Positions 18,695 through 27,747 are shown, counted from the first letter of the stretch. The stretch is DNA of 64,000 nucleotides from Spirochaetia bacterium (GCA_965262935.1 OZ253572.1:4420042-4484041); one strand, 5' to 3'. A program made the numbers and translations. Notes: generated by a model from the letters alone, not told the origin.

Positions 18695-18751
18695 CAGACC
18701 GTAGGACCGTGGGTTCCCGACTGGTGCTGACCGCCAGCCACCACGCCCGCG

Positions 18752-20917
18752 CTACAGGGGCGCGATGTCGACGTCCCAGTATTCGACGCGCCCCTCCTCG
18801 CCGATCAGCGCCACCGCGCCGCCGCGCAGCGCATCGTCGGTAGCCTCGATGGCGGGGCCGCCATCCACGGAGCCGCGAATGGTGGAGCCGTCCACTTCCA
18901 GGGTGAGCCGGTGCTGTTCGTCAAGCGCGCCGGCCAGCGGCGTTTCGCCGAGCACCACCGTCTCGTGAACGTGACGGATCAGCCGTACCACGCCGTCGCC
19001 GCCGATCAGCAGCGCGTAGTAGCGGTGCATGCCGCCGGCGCGCGCGCCGATGCCGCCCGCCTCGGCCATGTGGATGCGCATCGTGGCGGTAACCCGGTAA
19101 TCGGTCCAGCTCTCGCTGCCCTGAAACGCCAAGCCGACGCCCTCGTTCTGGATCAGCCGCATCGGTTCCGCCCAGTCCTTGGGCCAGAACAGGGAGGCGC
19201 CGTTGACCCAGGCGCGCCCCCACCACGGCGGCACGCGAAACTTGGGGCGCTCGGTCGCGGCGCCGCTCGGCCGCGACAGGCTGGTGCGCGGGGCGCCGTC
19301 CCAAGTCAGCCAGTCGAGGTACAGCGTACCGGCGGCGGCGGTGCCCCCGTTCGCGGCGGCGCCGCCGGTTGCCGTGGAAACCACGGAAACGCCGACCCGG
19401 GCCACCGGATGACCGTTGGTGTCGGGCATCTCCCAGGCCAACTCGGCGCCGGCGCCGGGCGCCAGTTGCACCGGATCGGAGACCACCTTCTCGGTGTCGT
19501 CCGCGGCGCGCACCACCTTCGCCCACAGCCGGCAGGCCACGGCGCCGGTTGCCGCGGCGTCCAGGTCGACCCGCGCGCGGATGCGCTGCCCGGGGTGGAG
19601 GGTCGGCGAGGCCAGGAGCTGGTAGCCGCCCACCTTGTCGGCGTCCATCGGAATGAAGGTGGCGACCGACGCGCCGGCGCCACGCGTGGCATCGACGCCC
19701 TCGAACCGCACCGCCAGCCGTCCGCCGTCGTTGGCCACGGAGGTCGCCGCGCCGCCCGGCTGGAACCCCTGCACCGACCCGGGCAGCGAGAAGTGGTAGC
19801 GCGCCCCCTGCTTGGGCGCCAGCGGATCGAGCCCGTGCAGGCCGCGGCCCAGGTTGATCAGCCGGTACGACTGCTGCACCGCGTCGGTAATGCAGCGCCC
19901 GCCGTCGGCGGTGGGCAGGTAAAGCCGGTCCGCCACCGGGCCGCGCCACTTGCCGACACCGGCGCCGTTGCCGTCTCCGTTCGCCGGGGCGGCGTCGATC
20001 CCTTCCAGGCCGCCACGGATGCCAAGCAGGCAGCCGACGTTGCCGGAGTTGCAGTCGGTGTCCCAACCGCAGGTGTTGGCGATCATCAGCGAGTGGCCGA
20101 AGTCGCCGCCGCCGGCCAGCAGGGCCAGGATGATGATCGCGTGGTTCGGGACCATGTGACAGTTGCCGCCGTATTTGTCGTAGCCGTAGCTGCCCTGGAT
20201 GCGCGCGAAGCTCTTGCGCCAGTCGTCGCCGTCGGCGGCGTGCCACTCGCGAAGGTCGCCGATCAGGCGCGCGATCACCGAGTCGGCGGGAACGAAACGC
20301 ACCGCGGTGTCCAGCAGGGTGTCGATGTTCGACTCCGTGAACGCCGCCGCCTCCATCGCCGCCAGCACCTGGGCGCCGTACACCGCCTCGCCGTCATGGC
20401 TCACGCTGCCCGCCTTGGCGGCCAGCGCGGCGGCCAGCTCCGGGTCGCCCGGCGCCACCATGGCCCAGCCGTCGATGAAGATCTGGGCGCCGATCTGCTC
20501 TGCCACCACCTTGCTGTTGAGGGCGATGGAACCGCTGCGCGGCGCCTCGATGCCGTTCTTGAGGCGCAGGTAGGCGGTGTGCTCGGTGGAGTTGCCCAGG
20601 CCGCCCCACCACAGCACGGTGCGCTCTTCGATCAGGTAGTTGAGCCAGGTGCGCCCGATGTCGGCAGCACTGAGGTCGGCGCCGCCGGCGAAGTCCTCCA
20701 GCGCGCGAATGAAGGTGAACGTACCCGAAATGTCGTCGTCGGTGACGATCAGCGGCACGCCGAGGCGCTCGTGCACATAGTCGGTAATCTCACCGAGCTC
20801 GCGCTCGATGCGCGCGAACTCCCAGCCCTCGAACGGGCGCCCCAGGTAGACGCCGATGATCTTTCCCAACACGCCCGCGTAGACGCGTTCCGCATAGTCT
20901 TGTGGTAGCTGCATCAC
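18752..20917 (-). CDS. ADP-ribosylglycohydrolase family protein fused to a ~370-aa C-terminal extension
   Basis: The N-terminus GVLGKIIGVYLGRPFEGW, TDDDISGTF and GWDTDCNSGNVGCLLG are ARH signatures. My guess that the C-terminal half is beta-rich (LamG/DUF1080-like) is unverified. Confidence 0.8.
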   Translation of the reverse strand: MMQLPQDYAERVYAGVLGKIIGVYLGRPFEGWEFARIERELGEITDYVHERLGVPLIVTDDDISGTFTFIRALEDFAGGADLSAADIGRTWLNYLIEERTVLWWGGLGNSTEHTAYLRLKNGIEAPRSGSIALNSKVVAEQIGAQIFIDGWAMVAPGDPELAAALAAKAGSVSHDGEAVYGAQVLAAMEAAAFTESNIDTLLDTAVRFVPADSVIARLIGDLREWHAADGDDWRKSFARIQGSYGYDKYGGNCHMVPNHAIIILALLAGGGDFGHSLMIANTCGWDTDCNSGNVGCLLGIRGGLEGIDAAPANGDGNGAGVGKWRGPVADRLYLPTADGGRCITDAVQQSYRLINLGRGLHGLDPLAPKQGARYHFSLPGSVQGFQPGGAATSVANDGGRLAVRFEGVDATRGAGASVATFIPMDADKVGGYQLLASPTLHPGQRIRARVDLDAAATGAVACRLWAKVVRAADDTEKVVSDPVQLAPGAGAELAWEMPDTNGHPVARVGVSVVSTATGGAAANGGTAAAGTLYLDWLTWDGAPRTSLSRPSGAATERPKFRVPPWWGRAWVNGASLFWPKDWAEPMRLIQNEGVGLAFQGSESWTDYRVTATMRIHMAEAGGIGARAGGMHRYYALLIGGDGVVRLIRHVHETVVLGETPLAGALDEQHRLTLEVDGSTIRGSVDGGPAIEATDDALRGGAVALIGEEGRVEYWDVDIAPL

Positions 20918-21069
20918 GGCGGCATCCTACGGTGTGCCCCCGCCTCCTGCAACCGGCACCGAGCATCCCTCAGCATTCCCTCCCCGTACCGACGTTGGCG
21001 TACGGCGATTTGCCGTGCCGCCACAAGGCCGGTAGTATTGGCGGAGCGCCGCACGCAAGGAGAGCCGCC

Positions 21070-22080
21070 GTGGCAACCTCAGCATCCATCGCACATTCCA
21101 ACCTCGACGGTTTGCCGTTGGTCAACGGGGCATCGGTACCCGAGCCGAGCTTCGCGTACACCGATCTGCGCGGCATCGGCAAGGTCGACATCGACGACCT
21201 GCTCGACTACGTGCACGACACCGCCCGCGAGTTCCCGGGCTACCTGCGCCTGTACGAGAAGTACCTCAAGCAGCGCTGGGACGTCACCGAGCTCGACTTC
21301 ACCACCGACATCCGCGACTGGAACGAGCGCATGTCGGAGGCGGAGCGGGAGACGTTTCTGAAGGTCGCCTCCGGGTTCCACCACGGCGAGCGGCAGGTCA
21401 CCGTGTGTCTCGGGCCGCTGTTCATGGGCATTCCCGAGGACTACAAGATCTTCCTGTCCAGCCACCTGGAGGACGAGGCGCGCCACACGATCTTCTTCGA
21501 CCGCTTCTACCGCGAGGTGGTGGGCATGCCGGGCGACAGCATCATGGACCTGCTCGACCAGTCCTACCCGTTCATCGGCGACGCTTTTATCGGGCCGTTC
21601 GGGCTGCTCGCCTACCTGACCGACGACCTGCGCCGCAGCCCGTACGACAAGCACCTGCTGATGCAGTACGCGGTGACCTACATGCTGTGGATCGAGGGCG
21701 TGCTGGCGCTGTCTTCGATGAAGATCACCCTCGGCTACGCGCGCGACCGCAAGGTGCTGCCCGCCTACTACACCGGCTTCACCGCCACCTGCCGCGACGA
21801 GGCGCGCCACGTGCAGGCCGGCCTGCGCTTCATCCGCGAGCTGCTGAACGAGGATCCGGGGCTGGTGCACGACCTGCACGAGACGATGCGCACGCTGCTG
21901 ACATTCTCCAATACCGGCAGCATGCGGGTGACCTACGAGGTGCTCGGCTGGTCCGCGCAACGCGAGAAGGCGCTGCGCGGCCGCCAACTCCGCAAGAAGC
22001 TGAACCTGGTCGGGGTCGCCCTGCCCGCCGACGTCGAGGAGATGATCGACGAGATGGACCCGGTGATGGCCGGCGGCTGA
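21070..22080 (+). CDS. ferritin-like diiron protein, ribonucleotide reductase R2-like
   Basis: ORF 20902-22080. The start is set at GTG 21070, 7 nt after AAGGAG (21057-21062). Two ExxH motifs (HLEDEARH, CRDEARH) plus upstream acidic ligands (GFHHGE, WIEG). Confidence 0.7.
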   Translation: MATSASIAHSNLDGLPLVNGASVPEPSFAYTDLRGIGKVDIDDLLDYVHDTAREFPGYLRLYEKYLKQRWDVTELDFTTDIRDWNERMSEAERETFLKVASGFHHGERQVTVCLGPLFMGIPEDYKIFLSSHLEDEARHTIFFDRFYREVVGMPGDSIMDLLDQSYPFIGDAFIGPFGLLAYLTDDLRRSPYDKHLLMQYAVTYMLWIEGVLALSSMKITLGYARDRKVLPAYYTGFTATCRDEARHVQAGLRFIRELLNEDPGLVHDLHETMRTLLTFSNTGSMRVTYEVLGWSAQREKALRGRQLRKKLNLVGVALPADVEEMIDEMDPVMAGG

Positions 22081-22634
22081 TGGCGGCGATACCGTTCTTC
22101 TCCTCCGCTTGGGCGGACGCGGCGCGCACCGCGATCAACGAAGGGCCCGACCCGGCGACCGTCGAGCGCAAGCTGGAGGGATTCTGGAACTGGATCGAGC
22201 GCGCCAAGGCCAACGTCAACTGCACGCTCGGCCTGGCGGTGCGCGACCTGCCGGACGGCGGCCCCGACGCCATCGTGCTGGAGTTGGAGCGCGGCGCCTG
22301 CACCGGCGTCACCCTGACCACGCGGGCGCAGGCGGAGCCGCGCTGCACCTACCTGTTGGCCGGCGACTGCGCCGCCTGGCGCGAGGTGATGGACGGCTAC
22401 GACATGGGTCGCTCGATCATGTACCGCAAGCTGCTCCTGGAGCAGGGCGAGTTGCTGGTGTTCTTCCGTACCGTCTACTACTGGACCGAAACCCTCGCCT
22501 GCCTGCAACGCATCCCCACCGCCTTCCCCCGCGCCCTGGATCCGGGGGAACTGGCAGTGCTGCGCGAAGCCGGCCACGAGATGGAACGAAGCATCCGCGC
22601 CGCCCGCCACAGTCGAGGAGCGCCGCCGTTGTGA
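22080..22634 (+). CDS. SCP2 sterol-carrier-like domain protein
   Basis: The ATG at 22080 overlaps the R2-like stop (ATGA). FFSSAWADAARTAINE..., the GDCAAWREVMDGYDMGRSIMYRKLLLEQGEL pattern and the ~180-aa size are SCP2-like. Confidence 0.55.
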   Translation: MAAIPFFSSAWADAARTAINEGPDPATVERKLEGFWNWIERAKANVNCTLGLAVRDLPDGGPDAIVLELERGACTGVTLTTRAQAEPRCTYLLAGDCAAWREVMDGYDMGRSIMYRKLLLEQGELLVFFRTVYYWTETLACLQRIPTAFPRALDPGELAVLREAGHEMERSIRAARHSRGAPPL

Positions 22635-22933
22635 TCAGCGTGCTCGACACGACGGCGTTCTGCGCTGCCATGCGGCATGAGCCGGAGATGGTCTCCTTCC
22701 TCGGCGACCGTCCGCCGGGAGCGTTTGCGGTGGTGCCGCCGGTGGTCGCGGAGATCGAATACGGATTGCACCGGCTGGACCGCGCATCGCACCGCTATCG
22801 CCTGCTTGCCACCCAAATGGAACGGTTGCTGTCCTTGATCCCTCTGTGGTGGAGAATGCGCCATGATACCGGGCGAGACTCCGAGACTATCCCGAAAAGG
22901 AACGTGCGGTCTGGCGCGTGTTTGATCGGGTGA
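22631..22933 (+). pseudogene. PIN-domain VapC toxin, N-terminal ~70 codons fused to unrelated sequence
   Basis: The GTG at 22631 overlaps the SCP2 stop (GTGA). VISVLDTTAFCAAMRHEPEMVSFL...VPPVVAEIEYGL...RLLATQMERLL is VapC-like. PIN similarity is lost after ~22845. Confidence 0.45.
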
Positions 22934-23940
22934 ATTTCGAAGACGGCGTCGCGGCCGAGCGGATGAGCGCTGAGAACGTGCTGCTGAAGCTCGACTACCC
23001 TGCCTACTTCGATCTCCTTGACGTACCTTTGCCGGACGGCCACGCCGCTATCCTCGATGTGCTCCAGCAAGATCGGCTCATCACGCCTTGCGCGGCCGGT
23101 GGATTCGACGTCACGAATCTGGGTGCGATGCTGCTTGCCAGGAATCTTGGCGATTTTCGGTCGCTGCGACGTAAGGCCGTGCGAGTGATCGAGTACCGCA
23201 GACGGGACCGGACCGAGACGCTGAAAGAGCGGGAAGGCATCAGCGGCTATGCTGCGAGCTTCCAAGATCTGGTCGGTTACATCAACGCCCGACTGCCGGC
23301 GAGCGAGATCGTTGGTCAAGCGCTGCGGCGGACGGTGCCGGCGTTCCCGGAGATCGCGGTACGCGAACTGGTGGCGAATGCCCTGATCCATCAGGATTAT
23401 CTGGCAACCGGAGCCGGACCGATGGTGGAAATCTTCGCGGACCGGATTGAGATCACCAACCCTGGCGAGCCGCTGGTGGATACCCAGCGCTTCCTGGACA
23501 GCCCTCCACGATCGCGCAACGAGGTGCTCGCCTCGCTCATGCGTCGCTTCCGGATCTGCGAGGAGCGGGGCAGCGGGATTGACAAGGTGGTGGCCGAGGT
23601 TGAGCGCTACCACCTTCCCGCGCCTCTGTTCGAGACTCCGCCGAACTTCACACGGGTGGTTCTGTTCGCCCGCAAGTCCCTGACCGACATGGACAAGAAG
23701 GAGCGGGAGCGGGCCTGCTACCTGCACGCCTGCCTGAAGTACGTACAGCGGGAAAGCATGACAAACAAGTCGATTCGCGAGCGGTTCGGAATAGACGAAA
23801 AGAACCGGACGATCGCGTCGCGTCTCATCGGGGAGGTTGTAAAGGCGGGCTTCGTGGCTGTCCGCTTGCCTGAAGCGCCGCCCCAATACCGCGAGTACGT
23901 TCCGTTCTGGGCGTCGTCTGGGAACTCGATAGCGCCGTAA
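22918..23940 (+). CDS. ATP-binding protein of the RecG-like/HATPase_c_4 putative transcriptional regulator family, N-terminally truncated
   Basis: AVRELVANALIHQDY, IEITNPG, PRSRNEVLASLMRRFRICEERGSGIDKV and a C-terminal wHTH (MTNKSIRERFGI). The usual N-terminal AlbA_2 domain is missing. Only an ESETI..KR-like trace remains at ~22875-22900. Confidence 0.65.
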   Translation: MFDRVNFEDGVAAERMSAENVLLKLDYPAYFDLLDVPLPDGHAAILDVLQQDRLITPCAAGGFDVTNLGAMLLARNLGDFRSLRRKAVRVIEYRRRDRTETLKEREGISGYAASFQDLVGYINARLPASEIVGQALRRTVPAFPEIAVRELVANALIHQDYLATGAGPMVEIFADRIEITNPGEPLVDTQRFLDSPPRSRNEVLASLMRRFRICEERGSGIDKVVAEVERYHLPAPLFETPPNFTRVVLFARKSLTDMDKKERERACYLHACLKYVQRESMTNKSIRERFGIDEKNRTIASRLIGEVVKAGFVAVRLPEAPPQYREYVPFWASSGNSIAP

Positions 23941-23971
23941 TGCCGGTTCTGCTTGACCGACAACCCTTACA

Positions 23972-24150
23972 AGACCATGCGCACGCTGCTGATGTTCTCC
24001 AACACCGGCAGCTTGCGCGTGACCTACGAGGTGCTCGGCTGGTCCGCGGCATGGGATCAGGCGCTGTTGGAGCAGGGCGACCTGCTGGTGTTCTTCCGTA
24101 CCGTCTACGACTGAACCGAAACCCTCGCCTGCCTGCAACGCATCCTCACC
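23972..24150 (+). pseudogene. decayed paralogous copy of the R2-like/SCP2 gene pair with internal deletion
   Basis: 23972-24048 aligns to 21883-21957 and 24061-24150 aligns to 22431-22520, each about 90% identical by eye. The two segments are joined directly. Confidence 0.65.
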
Positions 24151-24203
24151 GGTTTCTCCCTTGCCGCGGCACGATGAGCGGGTCTCGGCCAGTACCCATT
24201 TAG

Positions 24204-24422
24204 GGGCGGTCGACGAACCCTGGCGAGAAGTCGGTCCTCGACGGCGTGGCAGACGATGCCGACATCGCCATTATCACGCGCCGGGACGCCGAGGACGCGG
24301 TGGTGATGTCGCTGGACTACTACAACAGTCTGATGGAGACGGTGCACCTGCTGAAGTCTCCGGCCAACGCCGCCCACCTCGCCGAATCAATCAGTAATGT
24401 CCGTGTTTCCAGCTCGTCTTAG
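24204..24422 (+). pseudogene. Phd/YefM antitoxin remnant (no start codon)
   Basis: The frame after TAG 24201-24203 reads ...VLDGVADDADIAIITRRDAEDAVVMSLDYYNSLMETVHLLKSPANAAHLAESI..., the YefM core. The N-terminal ~10 residues and the native C-terminus are missing. Confidence 0.55.
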
Positions 24423-24575
24423 CCCCAGTACCCGTTTCGAGGCCTGCTCGGCGTTCACTCGCGTTGCGGCCTGCGTGCTCGCTAAAAATATTGCGTTGCG
24501 CGCCCAAGGGCGGGGTGAGGGAGTACCGGTTGCGGTGAGGATGGCGTAGGCGGAGAAGGGAACGGGGCATAAAGT

Positions 24576-24616
24576 GTGAAGCCCGCAGCGTGAGAGCTGC
24601 GGGCTTCACTTATTTA
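24576..24616 (+). terminator. strong hairpin followed by a T-rich tract (intrinsic-terminator-like)
   Basis: GTGAAGCCCGCAGC-gtgaga-GCTGCGGGCTTCAC is a perfect 14-bp stem, followed by TTATTTA. It lies ~85 nt inside the left transposon end, and no intact upstream gene needs it. Confidence 0.4.
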
Positions 24617-24667
24617 CAGCCTGGCCGGCGGAGACAACCGCCAGCCGAGGCACAGGAGAGGCAGCGA

Positions 24668-25541
24668 GTGTTCCCAGGCGCAACCGAGGCACACGCGCTC
24701 CCGCTCGCGACGACGAACTACGAGGCGGATGAGGACGGAACCCTACACGCCGTGCTGCCGTCACGTTGCGTCTACGCCACGGGGGAGCAGACGTGCGCCA
24801 TGTTCGTCGATCACTACCGAAAGCGCAAGACCGGGCCGTGCTACCCGGTGGCGGTGGTGGGGTGCCGTGTGCATGGGATGCCGTGTGCATGGGAAGCGGC
24901 GCTACACGCTGTATCCAGCCGGGCACTATCCGTACGGACGGGTGGCGGTAGTGCCGTACAGCGCAAGCGGAGAACTGTTGTGGGAAGCTGACAGTGGCGG
25001 GCCGGCGTGGCAGGCGACGCTGTTCGGGGCGGCGCAGGATGCCGCGCAAGGGCAGATGTGGCGGTCCGAGCAGAACTGGTGGCAACGCTGGGATGCGCGT
25101 CGGCGGCGAACCCAAGGACGGCGGTTGGAGATGGCCGGACGGCTGACCGGGGTCAGTGGGGGATTGAAGGAGCGGGAGCGAGAGCAGATCGCGACGCGGT
25201 TGGGAGTGGCGACCATGACCGTGCTGTCGGGCGCGCACCGCTGGGGGCGCAGTTGGCAGAGCCGCGGGGCAGCGATCGTGGCGGTGCTGGTGGCGCTGGC
25301 CTGCAGCGCGACGCTGGGGGACCGCATGGGTGCCGCTGGTGCGGTCAGCGATCTGTGGGGGCCGCCGCGTCCGCGGCTGGTGGCGCGCTGGGAGCAGGCC
25401 GGCAAGAGCTGGCTGGTGGCCGCGAGCGGCGGTTCCGAAGCGCGGGAACAGGGCGCTGCCGGCAGCCATCGGGGACGGGCACCGCCGGCCACGAAAGCGC
25501 CCGTTCGAACCGTCTCGGGCAGCGCTACGGTAGGCTCATGA
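24668..25541 (+). pseudogene. transposon-associated Cys-rich hypothetical gene, frameshifted by a 16-bp tandem duplication
   Basis: ORFs 24590-24991 and 24729-25541 join if one copy of TGCCGTGTGCATGGGA (24863-24878 and 24879-24894) is removed. The stop overlaps the transposase ATG (ATGA at 25538-25541). The start is uncertain. Confidence 0.45.
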
Positions 25542-26947
25542 ATGATTCATCGCGTCCCCCGTTACCGGTCTCGGCTACCGCGCTGCTGCGCTACTCGGTG
25601 GTCGCCGAGGTGGAGGCCCTGGTGCTGCGCGGGTGGCCCGCGGGAGCTGCGGTACGCCACGTTGCCGGCGCCGACCGTGTCGACCTGGACGGTCGCCTGG
25701 TGCGCATCAGCGTGCGTACCCTGCAACGCTGGCGCGCGGCCTGGGCGAGCGGCAAGCTCGCCGCCCTGGAGCCGCGGCAGCGCACCCGCACCACGACCTC
25801 ACAGGCACTGAGCGTAGAGCTGGTCGCCTTCCTGCGCACCGAGAAGCGGTGTGATCCGCGCGCCTCGGCGCCGGAACTGGTGCGCCGCGCACGCGAACGC
25901 GGCATCGTCCCGGTCGACCAGAAGATCGATCGCACCAGCGTGTGGCGCGCGTGCCGGCGGATGGGCCTGCCGACGCGGCAGCGACCGCACAAGCGTGAGG
26001 GCGACACGCGGCGCTGGCAGTATGCCGAGCGCATGCAGTGCGTGCTTGCCGACGGCAAGCATTTCCGCGCCGGCGCGGCGCGTCTGCGCCGAGTGGCGCT
26101 GTTCTTCATCGACGATGCCACGCGCTACGGCCTGCAGGTGCGGGTGGGCACCGCGGAGTCCAGCGAGCTGTTCCTGCGCGCCCTCTACCAGATGGTCATG
26201 CGGCACGGCTTGGCTGACTTGTTCTTCCTCGACAAAGGACCGGGCTTCAACTCCCACGATACCAAGGCCGTGGTCCAGGGCGGCCTGGGCGCGTTGCTGA
26301 TCCACGGCACCACCAGGTATCCGCAAGGCCACGGCGCCATCGAACGCTTCAACCGCACCGCTTACGATCAGGTGCTGCGTTCCCTCGATGGCGCCGCCGA
26401 CGTGGACCCCGCCTGCGATGCGCTCACGCTACGCCTGAACCACTTCCTGGAGCGCTACAACGACACCCCGCACGAGACCCTGGGCAAGGATATCACCCCG
26501 CGCCAGCGCTGGGAGCAAGGACGGGGTCTGCGCTTCCCCACCGACGACGCCGATCTGTACCGCCGCTTCGTGGTGCGCGCCATGCACAAGGTTTCCAACG
26601 ATCACGTCATCAAGGCCGACGGTCGGTTGTGGGAAGCGCCGCGCCGCAGCGCAGCCAGTTGGGTCGAGGTGGCGCGCCACGTGCTCGACGGTCGGCTGTG
26701 GGTTCAGCACCAGGGGCGCATGATCGAGCTCGCCGAGGTGGATCCGCAGGCCAACGCGACCGCGCCGCGCGGCTCCGGCAACACGCCGCAACCGACCGCC
26801 GGCAAGGACGGCGACGAACTGCCTGCCACCGCGGCCGGCATCGCCTACGCCAACGACCTGCGCCCGCTGGTCGACCCCGAGGGCGGCTATAGCGATCCGC
26901 ACGACGACCAACACGACGACCAACACGACCAGGAGCAGCACCCATGA
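25538..26947 (+). CDS. DDE (rve-type) transposase, Mu/Tn552/TniA-like
   Basis: ORF 25007-26947, start set at ATG 25538 (MNDSSRPP). N-terminal HTH region. DDE core ...VLADGKHF..., FFIDDATRY, FLDKGPGFNSHD and YPQGHGAIERFNRT. Confidence 0.85.
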   Translation: MNDSSRPPLPVSATALLRYSVVAEVEALVLRGWPAGAAVRHVAGADRVDLDGRLVRISVRTLQRWRAAWASGKLAALEPRQRTRTTTSQALSVELVAFLRTEKRCDPRASAPELVRRARERGIVPVDQKIDRTSVWRACRRMGLPTRQRPHKREGDTRRWQYAERMQCVLADGKHFRAGAARLRRVALFFIDDATRYGLQVRVGTAESSELFLRALYQMVMRHGLADLFFLDKGPGFNSHDTKAVVQGGLGALLIHGTTRYPQGHGAIERFNRTAYDQVLRSLDGAADVDPACDALTLRLNHFLERYNDTPHETLGKDITPRQRWEQGRGLRFPTDDADLYRRFVVRAMHKVSNDHVIKADGRLWEAPRRSAASWVEVARHVLDGRLWVQHQGRMIELAEVDPQANATAPRGSGNTPQPTAGKDGDELPATAAGIAYANDLRPLVDPEGGYSDPHDDQHDDQHDQEQHP

Positions 26948-27747
26948 GCCACGACCTCAGCCCCCTGGGCTTTCGCAAGACCCCCTTTACCCGCGAGTTG
27001 ACCGTGCGCGAGCGCTTCCCGCTCGATCCGCAGGCACAGGTCGCCGCCGCGCTCACCGAGGCGGTGCAGGAGCGCATGAGCGCCGCCCTCATCGCTCCCG
27101 CCGGCACCGGCAAGACCGTCGCCTTGCGCATGCTCGTCGCCGCTCTGCCGGAAACACGCTTCCAGGTCCATTACGTCAAGGTGACCGGCCTCTCCAAGCG
27201 TGACCTGTGCAAGGAAATCGCCGTCGCCTGCGGCCTCTCGCCCACCGGCATCTATCCCGCTCTGGTGCGCAAGCTGCAGGACGCTTTCGCACATACCACC
27301 AGCGACGGTATGCGGCCGGTCATCCTGCTCGACGAAGCCCATGACCTGCGCCCCGAATCGTTGGCCATGTTGAGGGTCCTCACCAACTTCGAAATGGACA
27401 GTCGCCTCGTCGTGTCCCTCGTGCTCGCCGGCCAGCCACACCTGAGACTGCTCCTCCGGCACCCCGAACAAGCCGCCATCGCGCACCGCCTGGCGCATTA
27501 CGCCGAGTTGCGCCTGCTGTCTCGTGATGAGACCCGCGCCTACCTCGAACACCGCTGCACCCTCGCCGGCGCTCGCACCAATCCCTTCGACGGCGACGCT
27601 CAGGAAACCATCTTCGAAATGAGCCGCGGCAACCTGCGCGCTATCGACCGCTTGGCCTTGGCGGCCCTGCACCTCGCCGCCAAGTCTTCCCACACCACCG
27701 TCAGTTCCGGCGACGTGATCGCCGCTCGCAAGTCGCTGTGGCCATGA
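26944..27747 (+). CDS. AAA ATPase transposition helper (TniB/MuB/ExeA-like)
   Basis: The ATG overlaps the transposase stop. Walker A APAGTGKTV, Walker B VILLDEAHDL, plus LVLAGQPHL and SRGNLRAIDRL. Confidence 0.8.
   Translation: MSHDLSPLGFRKTPFTRELTVRERFPLDPQAQVAAALTEAVQERMSAALIAPAGTGKTVALRMLVAALPETRFQVHYVKVTGLSKRDLCKEIAVACGLSPTGIYPALVRKLQDAFAHTTSDGMRPVILLDEAHDLRPESLAMLRVLTNFEMDSRLVVSLVLAGQPHLRLLLRHPEQAAIAHRLAHYAELRLLSRDETRAYLEHRCTLAGARTNPFDGDAQETIFEMSRGNLRAIDRLALAALHLAAKSSHTTVSSGDVIAARKSLWP

Noticed and set aside
24590-24667. ATG at 24590 as the start of the first transposon gene
   Set aside because: The codon lies in the loop of the 14-bp-stem hairpin, and the following residues are Arg/Pro-rich. 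A downstream GTG (~24668) or another start is more plausible, but this is unresolved.
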